Assembly (NCBI RefSeq): GCF_001194135.2
Contig: NC_068982.1
Span: forward strand, 1,892,481-1,956,480
DNA: 64,000 nt
Source of the DNA: Octopus bimaculoides
Taxonomy: Eukaryota
Reading direction: 5' to 3'
Below, piece by piece: positions 63,303 to 64,000 of this stretch. The notes beneath the pieces were generated by a model. The model ran no database searches, was not told where the DNA came from, and was given only the letters and a program-made list of their open reading frames with translations. The first letter of the stretch is position 1; every line of letters starts with the position of its first letter. A program made the position numbers and the translations under genes.

Positions 63303-64000
63303 TGAGAGAGACGAATCACATCTAACTGACATACATCTCTCTCTCACTTTGTCTCTGAATATATGTATGTATGTGTGTGTATTTATAGGCATACATATGT
63401 GTGTGTGTGTGTGTGAATGTATGTATAAGTCAAGCAATCACAATGTAATATAAAGCTACACACACACACATATCCACTCATTCGATACTTGTTTATAGAG
63501 AAACGCAAGGACACATGTAGGTTAATAATGTTAGCTTGATAAAAAGGTTACACATTCTTGCGTCTGTTCATTAATTGTAACCCAATGGAATTGAATTTGA
63601 ACTAAATTATAAATAGAACTTCGTATGACTTGTGTGAGAAATACTGGATACTTACATTTTTCAGGTAGTAACTCACACGCGCGCACGCGCACGCACACAC
63701 ACACACACACTCACACGTTTCTGAATACGCATAAATACACATTCACACACAAACATCCATATATAAAACGAAGTGTGAGCGCGTGTTGGGGAGCGTGAGT
63801 GAGTACAGAAATAACTATAAGCTGTCTAAAAGACTGGAAATTAAAAAAAAATAAAAATAAAAAACATAAAATCACCAATTATTTTTACAAATAGTCCATG
63901 CAGTTTTCCAGATATCGATATCTGTAACTATATCGATACATACGCGTACACACACACACACGCACACAAACATATACGTATATATATATATATATATATA

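Overview
AT-rich eukaryotic genomic DNA from a gapped draft assembly: 14 N-runs, most flanked by (TA)n or other microsatellites, and a very high load of TA/CA/TATC/ATT repeats. The SINE families and microsatellite load point to a coleoid cephalopod, most likely Octopus (inference). No host protein gene can be recognised. The long ORFs in the track are artefacts of N-runs and microsatellites, and only weak isolated exon candidates exist, so the window is probably intronic or intergenic. Most recognisable content is transposon debris: four tRNA-derived SINE families, CR1-type LINE 3' fragments, R4/Dong-type RLE LINE 3' ends, several Tc1/mariner relics, a hAT MITE and Penelope-like element (PLE) remnants including a GIY-YIG C-terminus. 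The main signal not explained by the ORF track is a set of about 8 minimal type I hammerhead-ribozyme (HHR) folds, plus 3 decayed candidates, carried by several short non-autonomous elements. One of these elements combines a tRNA-type Pol III head, an HHR and an inverted terminal duplication, so it looks like a PLE-mobilised, ribozyme-bearing SINE. Also notable are a nearly perfect 235-250 bp local inverted duplication that splits a SINE and a mariner derivative made of two 5' ends. All folds and alignments were done by eye, and repeat boundaries are approximate.
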